Shown: positions 23,556 through 36,800 of the stretch, in pieces
How positions within the stretch are numbered: the stretch's first letter is position 1
Layout: each line of letters opens with the position of its first letter
DNA from: Phoronis australis
Taxonomy: Eukaryota > Animalia > Phoronida
Reading direction: 5' to 3'
Assembly (NCBI GenBank): GCA_002633005.1
Contig: NMRA01000089.1
Location: 604,714 to 668,713 of the forward strand
DNA: 64,000 nucleotides
The notes under the pieces: generated by a model
Databases searched by the model: none
What the model was told of the DNA's origin: nothing
What the model saw: the letters and a program-made list of their open reading frames with translations, nothing else
Position numbers and translations under genes: made by a program

Positions 23556-25829
23556 AATTTTGTCGATATCCCTTTTCAAAAATTACTTATTTACTGTGAA
23601 TATATTTTACTATTGTTCATGATACGTCACATTTTTGTAATAAAAACGATTCTTTGCCAACTTCCGGCCTCTCTTTCATTACAGGAAACTGAGCTTGTGA
23701 TGCACATTTTCCCACATGTCGAACATAAAATAGGTTGAGTATTGTGAAAAGAAAGTGTTCAAACTTGCACAAAAATGTACTCGTAGCTATTTTGGGGATC
23801 ACTCTTGTTCTTACACAATGGTTTACTTAATTCAGAACTCATGACTTATTCATTCCAATCTGCGTTAATCCAATCAACTGGTGACAAATCAGAATACGAA
23901 GATTCAACGTAGACTGTAATCCAGAAATCAATTGCGGGTTCTCACTTAGCTTTCTCAATTGCTTCTGACTGTCAAGATTTGCATAACAAGTGCTCCTCGT
24001 ACTCCACACAGCATACTTGAGAGGAGAGCGTTATTGGATTAAAGGTTTTGCCCTGCCTTGATTGTCATTTCTCTTCTGGCTTAATGATTTAGTAAATGTT
24101 ATCATGCCGAAGATTTAAAACCGGTAGGAGATCCGATACGATTTTTGTGACAACACGATTCGCAGTTTTATCGATAAATCCACGTTTCCCTGTTTGTGAT
24201 AAGTTTTAGTTAAACTGAATGACTAGATAAATATTCATGGTTTGCATTCCATGAGATGAAAATCAATGTCGACAAACCTTTAAAATGTGCATGGACAAAA
24301 TTTCACCGCCCACCAATGAGTAACAATAACTTTGTACGTTGGTCTAACCCAGTCACCAAGGCAGAGAGGAAATGCCGAAAATGTAACGTATATTACCAAG
24401 GCACCGTCGTAGAAACATTATGGATTGAACAAAAACAATGACGTCACATGACCAAAAATCAAGTTACCGTTATTGAGGCACATTGTTGACACTGAACGCT
24501 TATCGAACTTTTCCTGCGGATAATGCATGACCTTTTTTGCCATTCGTAACTAGTGAGGCGTTGCCCGGTGGGTACAGCAGCATTAACGAAAGAGAAAAAT
24601 GGGCTTAAATGAAAAGCGATCTTTTTATTTTTTTGTTATAGCTACACGGACGAGTTTCCGATTATTTGATTTCCTTTGTTGAATAATAATCGATATAGGA
24701 AGTGAATTAAATGTCTATGTGTTGCATCTTACACCGACGTGAAATTTGATTCTGTGATCAAATACACTCGCACTTTTTTCAATGTATTTCAGTCGAGATA
24801 CAAAATTACAATGAATTTTGTTTAACAGTTCATTTCGCTTAACAATTTAGTGCTTGCTAGGGAAGCAATGCATGGTCGTGTCACGTGACTAGTGTATTCT
24901 GCAACAATCAACAAATACTGGCATTTCGCATTACTTCTTGATTCATCGTTAATTCCATTATTCCATCAACAGTATCAAGTTTTGCGGAGACTTCTGCATG
25001 ACTAGACGGAAGCAATGAAACTTATTTTCCATTCTTTGATCAATCCTTATGAAGGTTGTCTAGAAAGCTACCTGGTATATGACGAAATTACATAATGCCA
25101 CTCAATAATAACTTTCTGTTTTATGTAGATTGACTGGATCAGTACACGTGTAACATGTCTGTAAATACGTAGTCACGAGAGTGAACTCTGCTTTCCACTT
25201 CCTTAGCCCTTAGGGGGCACGAAACAGTTCTCACTGGGTTTTGTATAGCAAAGCACACATCACTGGATTTGTCACCTTTTCCTGATTCTGTCGAAAATCG
25301 TATGCAAATAACGACAGGTTTTCAAGTCATTTCACTTCACTTCACTAGAGATGGGCTAAGAAAAAAACAAGCAAAACACAAAATCGGCAAAACCCTCACA
25401 ATGCACGACATAGATTTTGAGGGCAAATTTTTTACCAATTCTAAAAATGTGGTCCAAAAGTACTATCATCCGACTAATATTTTTTTGCAAATCTGGCTTG
25501 TTTCAGGACTATCTGAAATCGCAGTCAATTTCTCAGTCGCTACCCAACAATGCACAATTCATGAGGGGGCAGCCATCTTAAAGAACTGCGCAGCTACAGC
25601 CGAGCAAGTGGTCTTTTTTCATTCTCAGCATGTCCTCAAACACAAACAAACCATATTCACTAAGCCTACATGCAATACCTGCATAAAAACTACCCCCAAG
25701 CCTGGCCTGCCCCTAGATTTTAATATTTTAGAGTGCAAACTGTCCGCAACCTGACTGTTCAATGCCACCTTAACTGTGAATCGGTTTAATCTACCCACAA
25801 TGCAGCACGACCCGCGATAAATTATAATC

Positions 25830-27250
25830 TAGTATGGTTTTCGTGGGGGCACTCTACAGAACTGGCTTTACTTGAATTATGGATACAAATGTCAAGGCTA
25901 TGGAAAATAATAAATTACCTCTGGCCATCCTAATTGATCTTTCCAAAGCGTTTGACTCTTTAAGTCATTCAATTTTACTCGACAAGTTTCTTTATTATGG
26001 TTGTAACTCTTGTCTCTTAAGTTTATTTGAGACGCCATCTCTCTAATCGCACTCAGTATGTTCAGATTAATAACTCGAAATCTAGCACAGTTCCAATTTT
26101 GCGGAGTGTCCCACGGAGATCTTTATTGGCTCCGTTATTATTCATCATTTATGTGAGAAATTTTGTAAAGTGCACGAGTTTCTTTGACTGCATACTTTAT
26201 GCTAATAATACTGCTATTATCATGGTACTCACAGCATATTGTCTGTTCATGAGTCACATATTTTTGTGGCGATCTGGAGAACATTCAGTCTAAATGTAGA
26301 TGGACTGATTTTAAATGCAACAAAATACATGGTTTTTCATAAACCCCTAAAATGTAGTGATGATTTTCCTTTAATGTTTAATAACTTGGCAATTGAAAAA
26401 GCTAGTTAATTCAATTTACTTGGTTTTTCCATCAACGTCAACCTATTATAGGCTCTACATGTTGAGAAAGATAAGCAGATTCTGTGGTGTTCTTAATAAC
26501 ATTAAACATTTCTTGCTCTTTGAAACTTTGAAAACTTTATACAATGGTCTTGTCCTTCCTCATTTTAATTATGGCAATCTGCTATGGGGGTGCGAACATC
26601 ATAGAATATTCAAATTACAGAAATGGGTTATTCGTATTATTACTTCTAATTGGTTTAATGTTCATACTTTCTTTATGACTACAAAATAAAGGACTTGTAT
26701 GTTGTTGCTATTGTCAAACTTTTCAACAAATCATGCTCATGATTACCTACCTTCATTCTAACACGTTCAATTTAATTACCCGTGGGTCTATTCATGAACA
26801 TTAAACCAGACATCTTCTGCCCACTCCTCATTGTATTGAATCATTTGCAGAAGATTCGCAATACCTTACCCCATATCCTTATTAACCTTGTGAATGTTTC
26901 TTAAAAAAATGTTTACCCATTCGTTATCCTCCGTTATAAACCATTTTAAGAATGTTTGTTATGAACGTTATGAACTTGAGTGCACTATTCTCAACTGTTT
27001 TGTGTGTAACTATTTTCGATAATCTTTCCTAGTCTCTAGACATGTAGTTTTAAATTTTATTATCACCTAATTTTGTAATTCTGATTATCTGTAGCATTGT
27101 ATTTTTTCTCTGGTGGCTCCGTGGTCAGTGGACCCTGCGGGCCCTTCACGGTGTCTCCATAAACTTTAATTTGTATAAAAGGCATTTTTTGTCTTAAAGT
27201 GAATAAAGTGTATTACTACTACTACTACTATTACTGCTACTGCTACTGCC
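25830..27250 (+). mobile_element. 5'-truncated CR1/L2-type LINE with 3' stem-loop, AATAAA and (TAC)n tail
   Basis: YGFRG.HSTELAL, ILIDLSKAFDSL, NRTQYVQIN, VP..SLLAPLLFIIYV, LYANNT, LYNGLVLPHFNYGNLLWG; tail at 27212-27248. Confidence 0.85.
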
Positions 27251-30200
27251 CCAGGTTAATCTCGAACCCAGATGCTACTAACATTTGAGTCTGGTATTCA
27301 ACACTGACACCTTGTTCTTTATTGGTCAACTAAGATGAGATCAACTGGTGTATTGAATTCAGGTCAAAATAAAAAGCACGTTTTAAAACTTTTATTGGGG
27401 TCACTCGAGTCATAGTACAGACGATAAAGACGGGTTGTGGTCGCCATGCCTACTACAAATCACATGCTCAGCGGTAGCAGTCCGACGCCGACTTTGCTAG
27501 GAGTATTTTCGTTTAAAGTCACCGTCTTTGATTTGGTCAGCGAATGACCGGCTAATGTTAAAAAGAAATCACAGCTCAGGCAAAAGCGAATAATAATAAT
27601 AATAATAATAATTACACTAAGAAGTCTATCCTGCCCGGCAATAATCCCCAAAACGGGTTGTTATCATTCAGTTTTCGCTCCCCTTGTCGCCTTTCCACTT
27701 AGCTGCAATGTTTCTGCTAATTGAATTTGTGTAAATGCTGCTCCATTCAACGACCACAATCATCAGAATGTGCATAATGAAAATGAATGCTGGAATTACT
27801 GCCCCGGATTAGTTTCATAAGAACAATATGTGTGATTGATTGGTCCTCACAACGTCCATTTACGTCAACTATAAAAAAGAAAAAAACCGGACTAACAGTC
27901 AAACTGCTGTATTACTTAGCCATAATATAAAGCCATTATCTAATGAACACTCATTTAAAAACACCTGCCACACGAGTGGCTAGTTGTGACCAGGATTTGG
28001 GGGGGATTCTACGGCGCATCTTGCTTCCTTTAAAAGCCTGACCGCGGAGTTCTGTGTAACCTTCAGTCTCGGAGGAATTGCTGAGAATCGAAAAGGCAAA
28101 GGAACTGAGAGACTTCGCTTACTAGATAAGTAGTGTGCAATTGAATTCCCAGCAGAAATACGAATGGACCTCGTGTTAAAATGCATGTAGCAAAAGGAAG
28201 CCAAACAAATAAAATAATGAAATAATTTTGAAAAGATTATTGAACAAAACAAAGACCAGCGTAGATCTATTTCATATGAAATAGGACGTGGTTTACGTGG
28301 AAAATATGACACGATCGACAACCAGTTCTAGACAAAACCAACAAAACTGAATGTTGTCTAAATAAGTCCAGCAAAGAAAGTGGAGTAAGATTTTTGAACA
28401 TATAGGTTGTCGCACATGTCTTTGTTAAACCAAAAACATCTTTGTAACAGTAAGCTCCACTGTACAACTGTGCGAGAAGTAAAGATTGAATACAGTAGGA
28501 CAGTGGAAAGTGTTCCCCCAAGAAGATCATAAGTGCGTCCTCTTTAGAATTCGGTTTTTGGCACTTCAAATATTTCAAACAATTCAAATTCGTCTGTTGT
28601 GTTCGATTTTAGCGATTTTAGAGAAGTTAAGAGTTAAAGCTCCTATCTGTATGTCACTAAAACATTTTAACACGTCTAGATTACACACAAGGGATCCTTT
28701 AACAATTTCTAAAATATCTCTGATGTGTTGTCTTTGAAGTATTTCACATCTATTATTAATATTGGCAAATACTTTACTTTTCTACAACTAAATGTCCAGA
28801 ACACGATAATGTCTTTGCACGAGTTTTCATTTGGGAACGTTCCCATTTCAAGACGAGCATTTAGGATACNCAAGTAAACCAACTTGGAAAAAATCGAGAG
28901 GGGGGGGGGTTCACTCTGAAAATATAGTTTTTTACATTGTGAATTGCTGAGTCTTTGTGGCTCATCGGCAAAACGCGCGGGGATTTATTGTGCGCGCGCT
29001 TCTGTCGGCACTTCTGAAGTACATGTACCCAAGCATTTTAGATGGAATCACCGCTGAAAGAGCAGTTCAGTATAGCTGATTTCTTTAGGTAACTAGCTTC
29101 TTATGTTTTGATTTGATTAGGGGAAATACTGCGGTGCCGCAACCCTGATATTCAGGCGAATTGACGTGCAACGTTTTTACCTCATCTGTCATGCCGTGTC
29201 ATTCTATTACACCCCACACGTTTGTAACTGATGTATAGTAAAGTTGTCTTGCGCAATATCATACAGTGTACATGTACATGTAATATTGTGTAGATGTACA
29301 TGTAATATTTTTGAAAAAAATTCTTTTTCCGAAGAATTGCAATTGTGGCGGGCGCCGTGGTCTGGTCGCGAGTCCGTTTGAAGACACACTCAAGGAATGA
29401 CCAAGGGCGCACCCACATTGCGAAAGTGACCGCATTCGCGAAAAGTGTGCAGTACCAGAAATTGCGGGGAGGCTGTTCTTTCACAACAAAGTCTTGCGGG
29501 ACTCGTGCGATGCCTCCTAGGGAGCCCTAGTTCCGACCTCAACACCTACCGTCTGTCTACCTGCAATAAGCACACTGCCGTCTTCTATAATGGGGATTTC
29601 CGCACAAAGGCTCACCCGATGAAGCGCTCATGCCCATGGGCATTTATTTGATATTAGTACTTCGGGTTTCAAGAGTTCAGACATTGGGACGTTTATTTCG
29701 AAAATTGCAAGAGATGCAAATAGGTCCTGGGATGCTTCGTTAAGGTTTGAAGTAGTCCATGATGAATGGATCAAATTTAGTTGCGCATGTAAGTCTTTCG
29801 AATGGACTTGGCAACCTCAAGGGTCTTAGTGTCAACTGAGCTGCGAAACGAGATGCTGACATTGTAGAGGCTTACCAGCTCATTGACACAGCAGTTGACG
29901 AAGTGCAAGCGTTGGGAAAAAACATCGAAGATATCTGGGTAGAATGGTTCCAAGNNNNNNNNNNNNNNNNNNNNNNNNNNNNNNNNNNNNNNNNNNNNNN
30001 NNNNNNNNNNNNNNNNNNNNNNNNNNNNNNNNNNNNNNNNNNNNNNNNNNNNNNNNNNNNNNNNNNNNNNNNNNNNNNNNNNNNNNNNNNNNNNNNNNNN
30101 NNNNNNNNTGCTTTGTAAAACTATTTATCTCAGCCAGTACTGTTTGATCCCGCGACAGATCGACTATTTGTATAGGGATAATAAGCACAGGTGTACTCTT

Positions 30201-33081
30201 GGTCTCGTGACGGACCAGGTCAGCTTTTTGTGTACTCTCAGTGTACATCTGCTCCCTCTGCAAGCTAGTCCAGAGTATCTTTTCACCACAGTGCACAGGA
30301 TGTTTTGGTTTCGTGAAACTGTTTTCAGATGATTTGTTTCCTGATAGATTTCACGTTTTTCAATTGTTGCCAACGTGATTCAACTTAATAAAGTGATACC
30401 TAATTATTTATTGTCGCTTTTGATAATAGACTATGAGTTGAGAGCACCATCGTTCGCCAGTTTTTCTCGTAACGAGACAGAACACATGTTTATTTCCGGA
30501 CTAACAGTACAGGTCTTCGTTCTTAAACAACTTGAGGCTGCTGTTATGCGGTCATCTGATATTCAAGTTTTTACGCCCCGTCGGTGCTCCTTAATTATGT
30601 TCTTGAATATTTGGAAATTGTCTTAACCCCTGTATACACACCACCCTTTTTCGTATACGACTTTTCGTATGCTAAAAAAGGTGTGTGTAAGCAGATGTTC
30701 CAACAAAAAGTTTTGCTGGTGGCGTGACTCATACCCAGATGTGCACAATATGGTTTCACGAAACTTATGTGCCAAGTTCATGTGACGAAATCGAGAAGGG
30801 TTTTTAATTATCTTAAGAAAAACTCCAGAGACATGTTAAGTGCCAGAAACTTACCAGGATGCATGGAAATTTCACTATTTGGCTACAAAAACAAAAAATA
30901 TCTTACACGGGAGGGGAAACCCCCCTCCCGACCTCCCCCCGCTCGGCGCCACGCACCTAGGATTCGACCTTGGCGGGAATCCTAAACCCCCCTTGCTGAA
31001 AACGTAGATCCGCCTCTGAATTAAACCAGACATCTTCTCCGCACTCTTCAATGTATTGAATCATTTGCAGAAGATTCGCAATACCTTACCTCATATCCTT
31101 AATAACCTTGTGAATGTTTCTTAAAAAAATGTTTACCCATTCGTTATCCTCCGTTATAAACCATTTTAAAAATGTTTGTTATGAACGTTATGAATTTGAG
31201 TGCACTATTCTCAACTGTTTTGTGTGTAACTATTTTCGATAATCTTTCCTAGTCTCTTGACATGTAGTTTTAAATTATATTAACACCTAATTTTGTAATT
31301 CTGATTATCTGTAGCATTGTATTTTTTCTCTGGTGGCTCCGTGGTCAGTGGACCCTGCGGGCCCTTCACGGTGTCTCCATAAGCTTCAATTTGTATAAAA
31401 GGCATTTTTTGTCTTAAAGTGAATAAAGTGTATTACTACTAATACTATTACTGCTAAAGCTACTACCCCTGGTTAATCTCGAACCCAGATGCTACTAACA
31501 TTTGAGTCTGGTATTCAACACTGACACCTTGTTCTTTATTGGTCAATTAAGAATGAGATCAACTGGTGTATTGAATTCAGGTCAAAATAAAAAGCACGTT
31601 TTAAAACTTTTATTGGGGTCACTCGAGTCATAGTACAGACGATAACGACGGGTTGTGGTCGCCATGCCTACTACAAATCACATGCTCAGCGGTAGCAGTC
31701 CGACGCCGACTTTGCTAGGAGTATTTTCGTTTAAAGTCACCGTCTTTGATTTGGTCAGCGAATGACCGGCTAATTTAAAAAAGAAAACACAGCTCTGGCA
31801 AAAGCGAATAATAATAATAATAATTACACTAAGAAGTCTATCCTGCCCGGCAATAATCCCCAAAACGGGTTGTTATCATTCAGTTTTCGCTCCCCTTGTC
31901 GCCTTTCCACTTAGCTGCAATGTTTCTGCTAATTGAATTTGTGTAAATGCTACTCCATTCAACGGCCACAATCATCAGAATGTGCATAATGAAAATGAAT
32001 GCTGGAATTACTGCCCCGGATTAGTTTCATAAGAACAATTGTGTGTGATTGATTGGTCCTCACAACGTCCATTTACGTCAACTATAAAAAAGAAAAAAAA
32101 ACGGACTAACAGTCAAACTGCTGTATTACTTAGCCGTAATATAAAGCCATTATCTAATGAACACTCATTTAAAAACACCTGCCACACGAGTGGCTAGTTA
32201 TGACCAGGATTTGGGGGGATTCTACGGCGCATCTTGCTTCCTTTAAAAGCCTGACCGCGGAGTTCTGTGAAACCTTCGGTCTCGGAGGAATTGCTGAGAA
32301 TCGAAAAGGCAAAGGAACTGAGAGACTTCGCTTACTAGATAAGTAGTGTGCAATTGAATTCCCAGCAGAAATACGAATGGACCTCGTGTTAAAATGCATG
32401 TAGCAAAAGGAAGCCAAACAAATAAAATAATGAAATAATTTTGAAAAGATTATTGAACAAAACAAAGACCAGCGTAGATCTATTTCATATGAAATAGGAC
32501 GTGGTTTACGTGGAAAATATGACACGATCGACAACCAGTTCTAGACAAAACCAACAAAACTGAATGTTGTCTAAATAAGTCCAGCAAAGAAAGTGGAGTA
32601 AGATTTTTGAACATATAGGTTGTCGCACATGTCTTTGTTAAACCAAAAACATCTTTGTAACAGTAAGCTCCACTGTACAACTGTGCGAGAAGTAAAGATT
32701 GAATACAGTAGGACAGTGGAAAGTGTTCCCCCAAGAAGATCATAAGTGCGTCCTCTTTAGAATTCGGTTTTTGGCACTTCAAATATTTCAAACAATTCAA
32801 ATTCGTCTGTTGTGTTCGATTTTAGCGATTTTAGAGAAGTTAAGAGTTAAAGCTCCTATCTGTATGTCACTAAAACATTTTAACACGTCTAGATTACACA
32901 CAAGGGATCCTTTAACAATTTCTAAAATATCTCTGATGTGTTGTCTTTGAAGTATTTCACATCTATTATTAATATTGGCAAATACTTTACTTTTCTACAA
33001 CTAAATGTCCAGAACACGATAATGTCTTTGCACGAGTTTTCATTTGGGAACGTTCCCATTTCAAGACGAGCATTTAGGATA
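26799..33081. repeat. ~2.07-kb direct duplication (26799-28869 / 31020-33081)
   Basis: Identical ORF-track peptides in both copies; the first copy ends at N 28870. Confidence 0.9.
28871..31018 (+). mobile_element. hAT-family DNA transposon remnant spanning a gap
   Basis: 29800-29954 encodes LKGLSV..KRDADIVEAYQLIDTAVDEVQALGKNIEDIWVEWF (hAT/P52rIPK-like); right end ...TAGATCCGCCTCTG at 31018 is a hAT-type terminus; left end not seen and the link across the gap is inferred. Confidence 0.6.
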
Positions 33082-33607
33082 CCCAGGGATTAAGAAAAAC
33101 TTTCCCGCCATTTATTATTCATGACGTGTCACAAGCTGTCTACTGAAGCACGAGCAAGTGTTCTTTCACTGTGGACACCCTTCTAATCCATCCGTCTAGT
33201 AGACTTTAACGTAATTTATTTAAAGACGAATTGAAGTTTTTGGCTGAATCAAAGCGTTTCCAAACCGCTGGACCAGGATTCTAATCCCCGTCCTTAGTCT
33301 AAACTAGACCTGGAAATTGACTAGTTATGCATACACGTAATGCATTTGTACTCGCGTGATTCATTATAGTCCGAGTCCGAGTCGAGTCTGAGTTAGGACA
33401 TTAGTTCCTGGACTCGGGTCTAATCTTTTTACTCGGAATTGAAATCATTTTTGGCATTTTCTCTTCTGTTTTTGTACCAACTCAAGGTAAATGTCTATTA
33501 TTCTGTGGCCGAGCACACACTGGCTCGCTTGACTAAGTGTCTAATTCTAGTTCGCACCTGATGACTCCAGTATTTTAATAAGTTCACGAAAACAACAACG
33601 GATTTAA

Positions 33608-33655
33608 AACTTGACATGTTTCGGTGTCATTTATTAAACACCATCCTCAGAAGTC
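33608..33655 (-). ncRNA. Minimal type I hammerhead ribozyme of the Penelope element
   Basis: Minus strand reads GACUU-CUGAGGA-U-GGUGU(loop)ACACC-GAAA-CAUGUC^AAGUU: conserved core, 5-bp stem II, palindromic ACAUGU stem III, stem I GACUU/AAGUU. Confidence 0.85.
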
Positions 33656-33735
33656 ATAATACAGTGGCCACCTAGCTAGGCCCAGCAACAAGTAATGAAG
33701 CACAGATACAGTCAGTTACAGGGAGTGACAATGAA

Positions 33736-33855
33736 CTATACCAACAATGACAACCTGTGGTGTGTCAGTTGCCTATTGAGATTGGGCTTGCACCAACTGA
33801 TATGTAAAGCCTCACGAATTTTAAGCTCCTTTGTTGTTACTGCCTGGTCTATTAT
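33736..33855 (-). mobile_element. Penelope-like retroelement 3' end (GIY-YIG endonuclease C-terminus)
   Basis: Open frame IIDQAVTTKELKIREALHISWCKPNLNRQLTHHRLSLLV* with the typical LKIxEALHI..KP.LN.Q motif; truncated by N at 33856. Confidence 0.85.
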
Positions 33856-36800
33856 NAGAACAGAGTAACAGACACTTACCATGAGTTTGCACAAAAGTAG
33901 AATAGAAAACGTCAGAAATTATTTCCAGTTCGATTTCGACTATACAGATAAGACCCTGAAATCTAGACTCTGAAAGCCTTTTTCTCATAAAAATGCTTTG
34001 CAACCCCTAGCATTTTATAAAACTGAAAGCTTTCGCTAATTTTCATTGAACATTTAAAAATTCATAATATTTTTTATTTCAAAGTAGTTTTAATCATCAT
34101 GGTATCGGAAACATTTTTAGTTGTAATGATCGTAAAATTACAATAATAGCAAGACTATCTCCCGGTATTAACACATCGATCAATAAAGTTTTCCAAGTTT
34201 ACATTATTGTAGAATTTGCAAAAACATAACTCAATTTCAGTTTAAAAAGGGCAAATCGTTACAGTTTAATTTATTTCATGACGTCATCATTTTACGACCA
34301 CTAATAAGACCAATCCATATGTCAGTACAGATGCACTCAATTTCAAAGAAAGGCAGCTCGGTTTTGCGCCTGGGGACTGCCTGATTCTTCTTCCCCTTCA
34401 AAATCGAAGGCAAGAAAAGAGAAATAAATTCTCACTTAGCATCCACGAACCACGAACGATTCCACAAACGGTAAATAAAAGTACATGAAGGTGGGCATGC
34501 CAAGATAACTATCAAAATCCATTGTTTGATTAGATACATCAGACCCAGCTGGTTTCAGTGGTTTTTAAAACTTATTATACCGTGAAATAGATTCTTTTTA
34601 CCATCCTACAAAGTGCTGTAGATTAAAATAATTACAAATTCTCTCTATGGTCAAAGACCCTTATTCACTCACGTTATATATTTCGTATGTGCAACACTTA
34701 CCGACACACACACCCACTGATAATCCTTATAATTTAGCACCTGTTGATCGAGATCAGTTAAAAAACAAGGTCTCATGCCTTGATGTAATTAATGTTTGTT
34801 TCTCAATTGTCATCCGGTCCCACACTCTCCAGAGAAGTCTAGTCGTTTTCGCACTGCTTCGTGAAAGTTAAAGCTCTTATCACGACTCACGTTGCTTTAA
34901 ATTTCCAATAATAGAAGACGTTCTCAATATTTACTATCCATTCCCCCAAAATCGGACCTCACGAACAACTGTGTATTTAGTGTCAACATCTCTGAAACCA
35001 TAGACATTGTCTTACGAAAAGAAAGGAAGGTCTCGAGATGAGAACTGTGTTCGTGAGAAAAGTGAAACTCGTGAGGGAGGAACACTGGCTATTATTGTGA
35101 CCCGAATGTGTATTTTCAAACTAAATAGCATTTGAATGTTCATTCTTTATTAATTTTCCACATCAAATGTAAAGTCTGTCATGCCGAGACCAGTCAACTG
35201 TGTTTCGAAACAAGTGAACAAGCAAATGGAACTACTGGCAAACCGCACTACATCAATTGTTTTGTAGAGAATGTATTTTGATTTTGGGATGTGATAGAGC
35301 CTAAATGCCAATATGCTACAAATCTGAAAATTTTCAGATGTTGTTATATTTTAAATCTACTATTCTAAACAGCTACAAACCCGCGATCCGTCTAAGAAAT
35401 TTTCTTGTAATTGTGAGAGCCAATCACTGTCAGACGGATTGATCTCACTTTGTAAAATGGGGAAGTATTTCTCGGTTGGAAAAGAAGTGATTGACAGTTT
35501 GCTGTTGGTTGCGGCCATCATTAGTGCACGAAAAACGACTAGCCTTGACATGCCAGCTTCCTGGGCCAGCTCTCGAGAAGTAAATTATTACGAATTGCCA
35601 GCCCAGTCTGAACTAGTACATGCCTGTTAAAGGTCCAGAACAAAAATTAATTGAAGTCTTGGATGACAGACATGTGTATTTAGGAGTTTTAATATCCACG
35701 CATTTGCACGAGTTGATATCCGGGTGTTTAAAATGGTGCGCACGCAGTATTGGAAACATTTGCAAACAGACTATAGGTCAGTAAGGAGGCACAGGGATGT
35801 TTCAAGTCGAGCGATATGAGCAATCACTTTGTAGTATTCTATTGTCTCCCTGAGTAGGTCAATCGATGCATTACAGACACTAAAAGCACTGTATGGCTTA
35901 GTGGAAGTATTTTTGTTAAATTTATTCACAAACGTAGCCCAGTGATTGATTTCACGCCACAACAGCAAACGTCTGATCCCTTTGTTCCCTCAAATCATAA
36001 CGCTTCAGCATAAAGGTTTAATTATTCGATTGTCTGCAGGACCTCCAGAGTCCGTAATTGATGTGCCTCTGGAGTAATTTCTTTTTTTAAAGTAATTTGC
36101 ATATTGTGGATTGTTGTGGTAATATGCTGTGCCCTGGAAAAGTGGACAGGTGGCCGATGTCCTTTAAAGAGCACTAAGCGTGCTTAAGTTATATGGCTGA
36201 ACCCCGTTGCAATTATCACCTGATTACGACTCACAGGGAAATAAGACATGGGAGGTTCTTCAAGCATCAAGTCTTCCAACTTGCCTGTTTTTGTCTTAGA
36301 CTTTGAAAAACTATTAAACCTGTATAATTTGACAGTGTCTTCCGGTCAGGTTATTTGACCATCGAGTAGAAGGCTGTCGAACTTCAGGTTACAAGATTTA
36401 CAGTAAACTAGAGTTCAACTTGAGGATGAGGGTTCTGTCTTTTTTGAAGAAATATGCGAAAGCTGTCTTTATTAAAAACTAATATTTGAAAAATTACGTA
36501 ACATAACATGTCAATTATGATGGTTTTATTATAGTGGGACGCAGATATAAAACTATTTCGCTAATGTTCGTTTTCAGTTACTGAAACATTTCAACTTTAA
36601 GTTCTTACCAGCCTCAGAAATCAGTTTAAATTTTAACACAGAATAATTTGAGACCAACGATAACGTGAAATGTCAGAGAACAAAAGTTGTCCTTTTGGGA
36701 CGGAAGGTGTTTGTAGTCGCTTTAAGTTGTTGTCAACTCAGTGATCTGTGATCATGGCGGTTGTTAGCAATCTTACCAGTGACATCATTTCAATCTTTTA

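Noticed and set aside
27980-28737. 100-aa ORFs repeated at 32169-32950
   Set aside because: Recurrence reflects the assembly duplication; no domain or splice support
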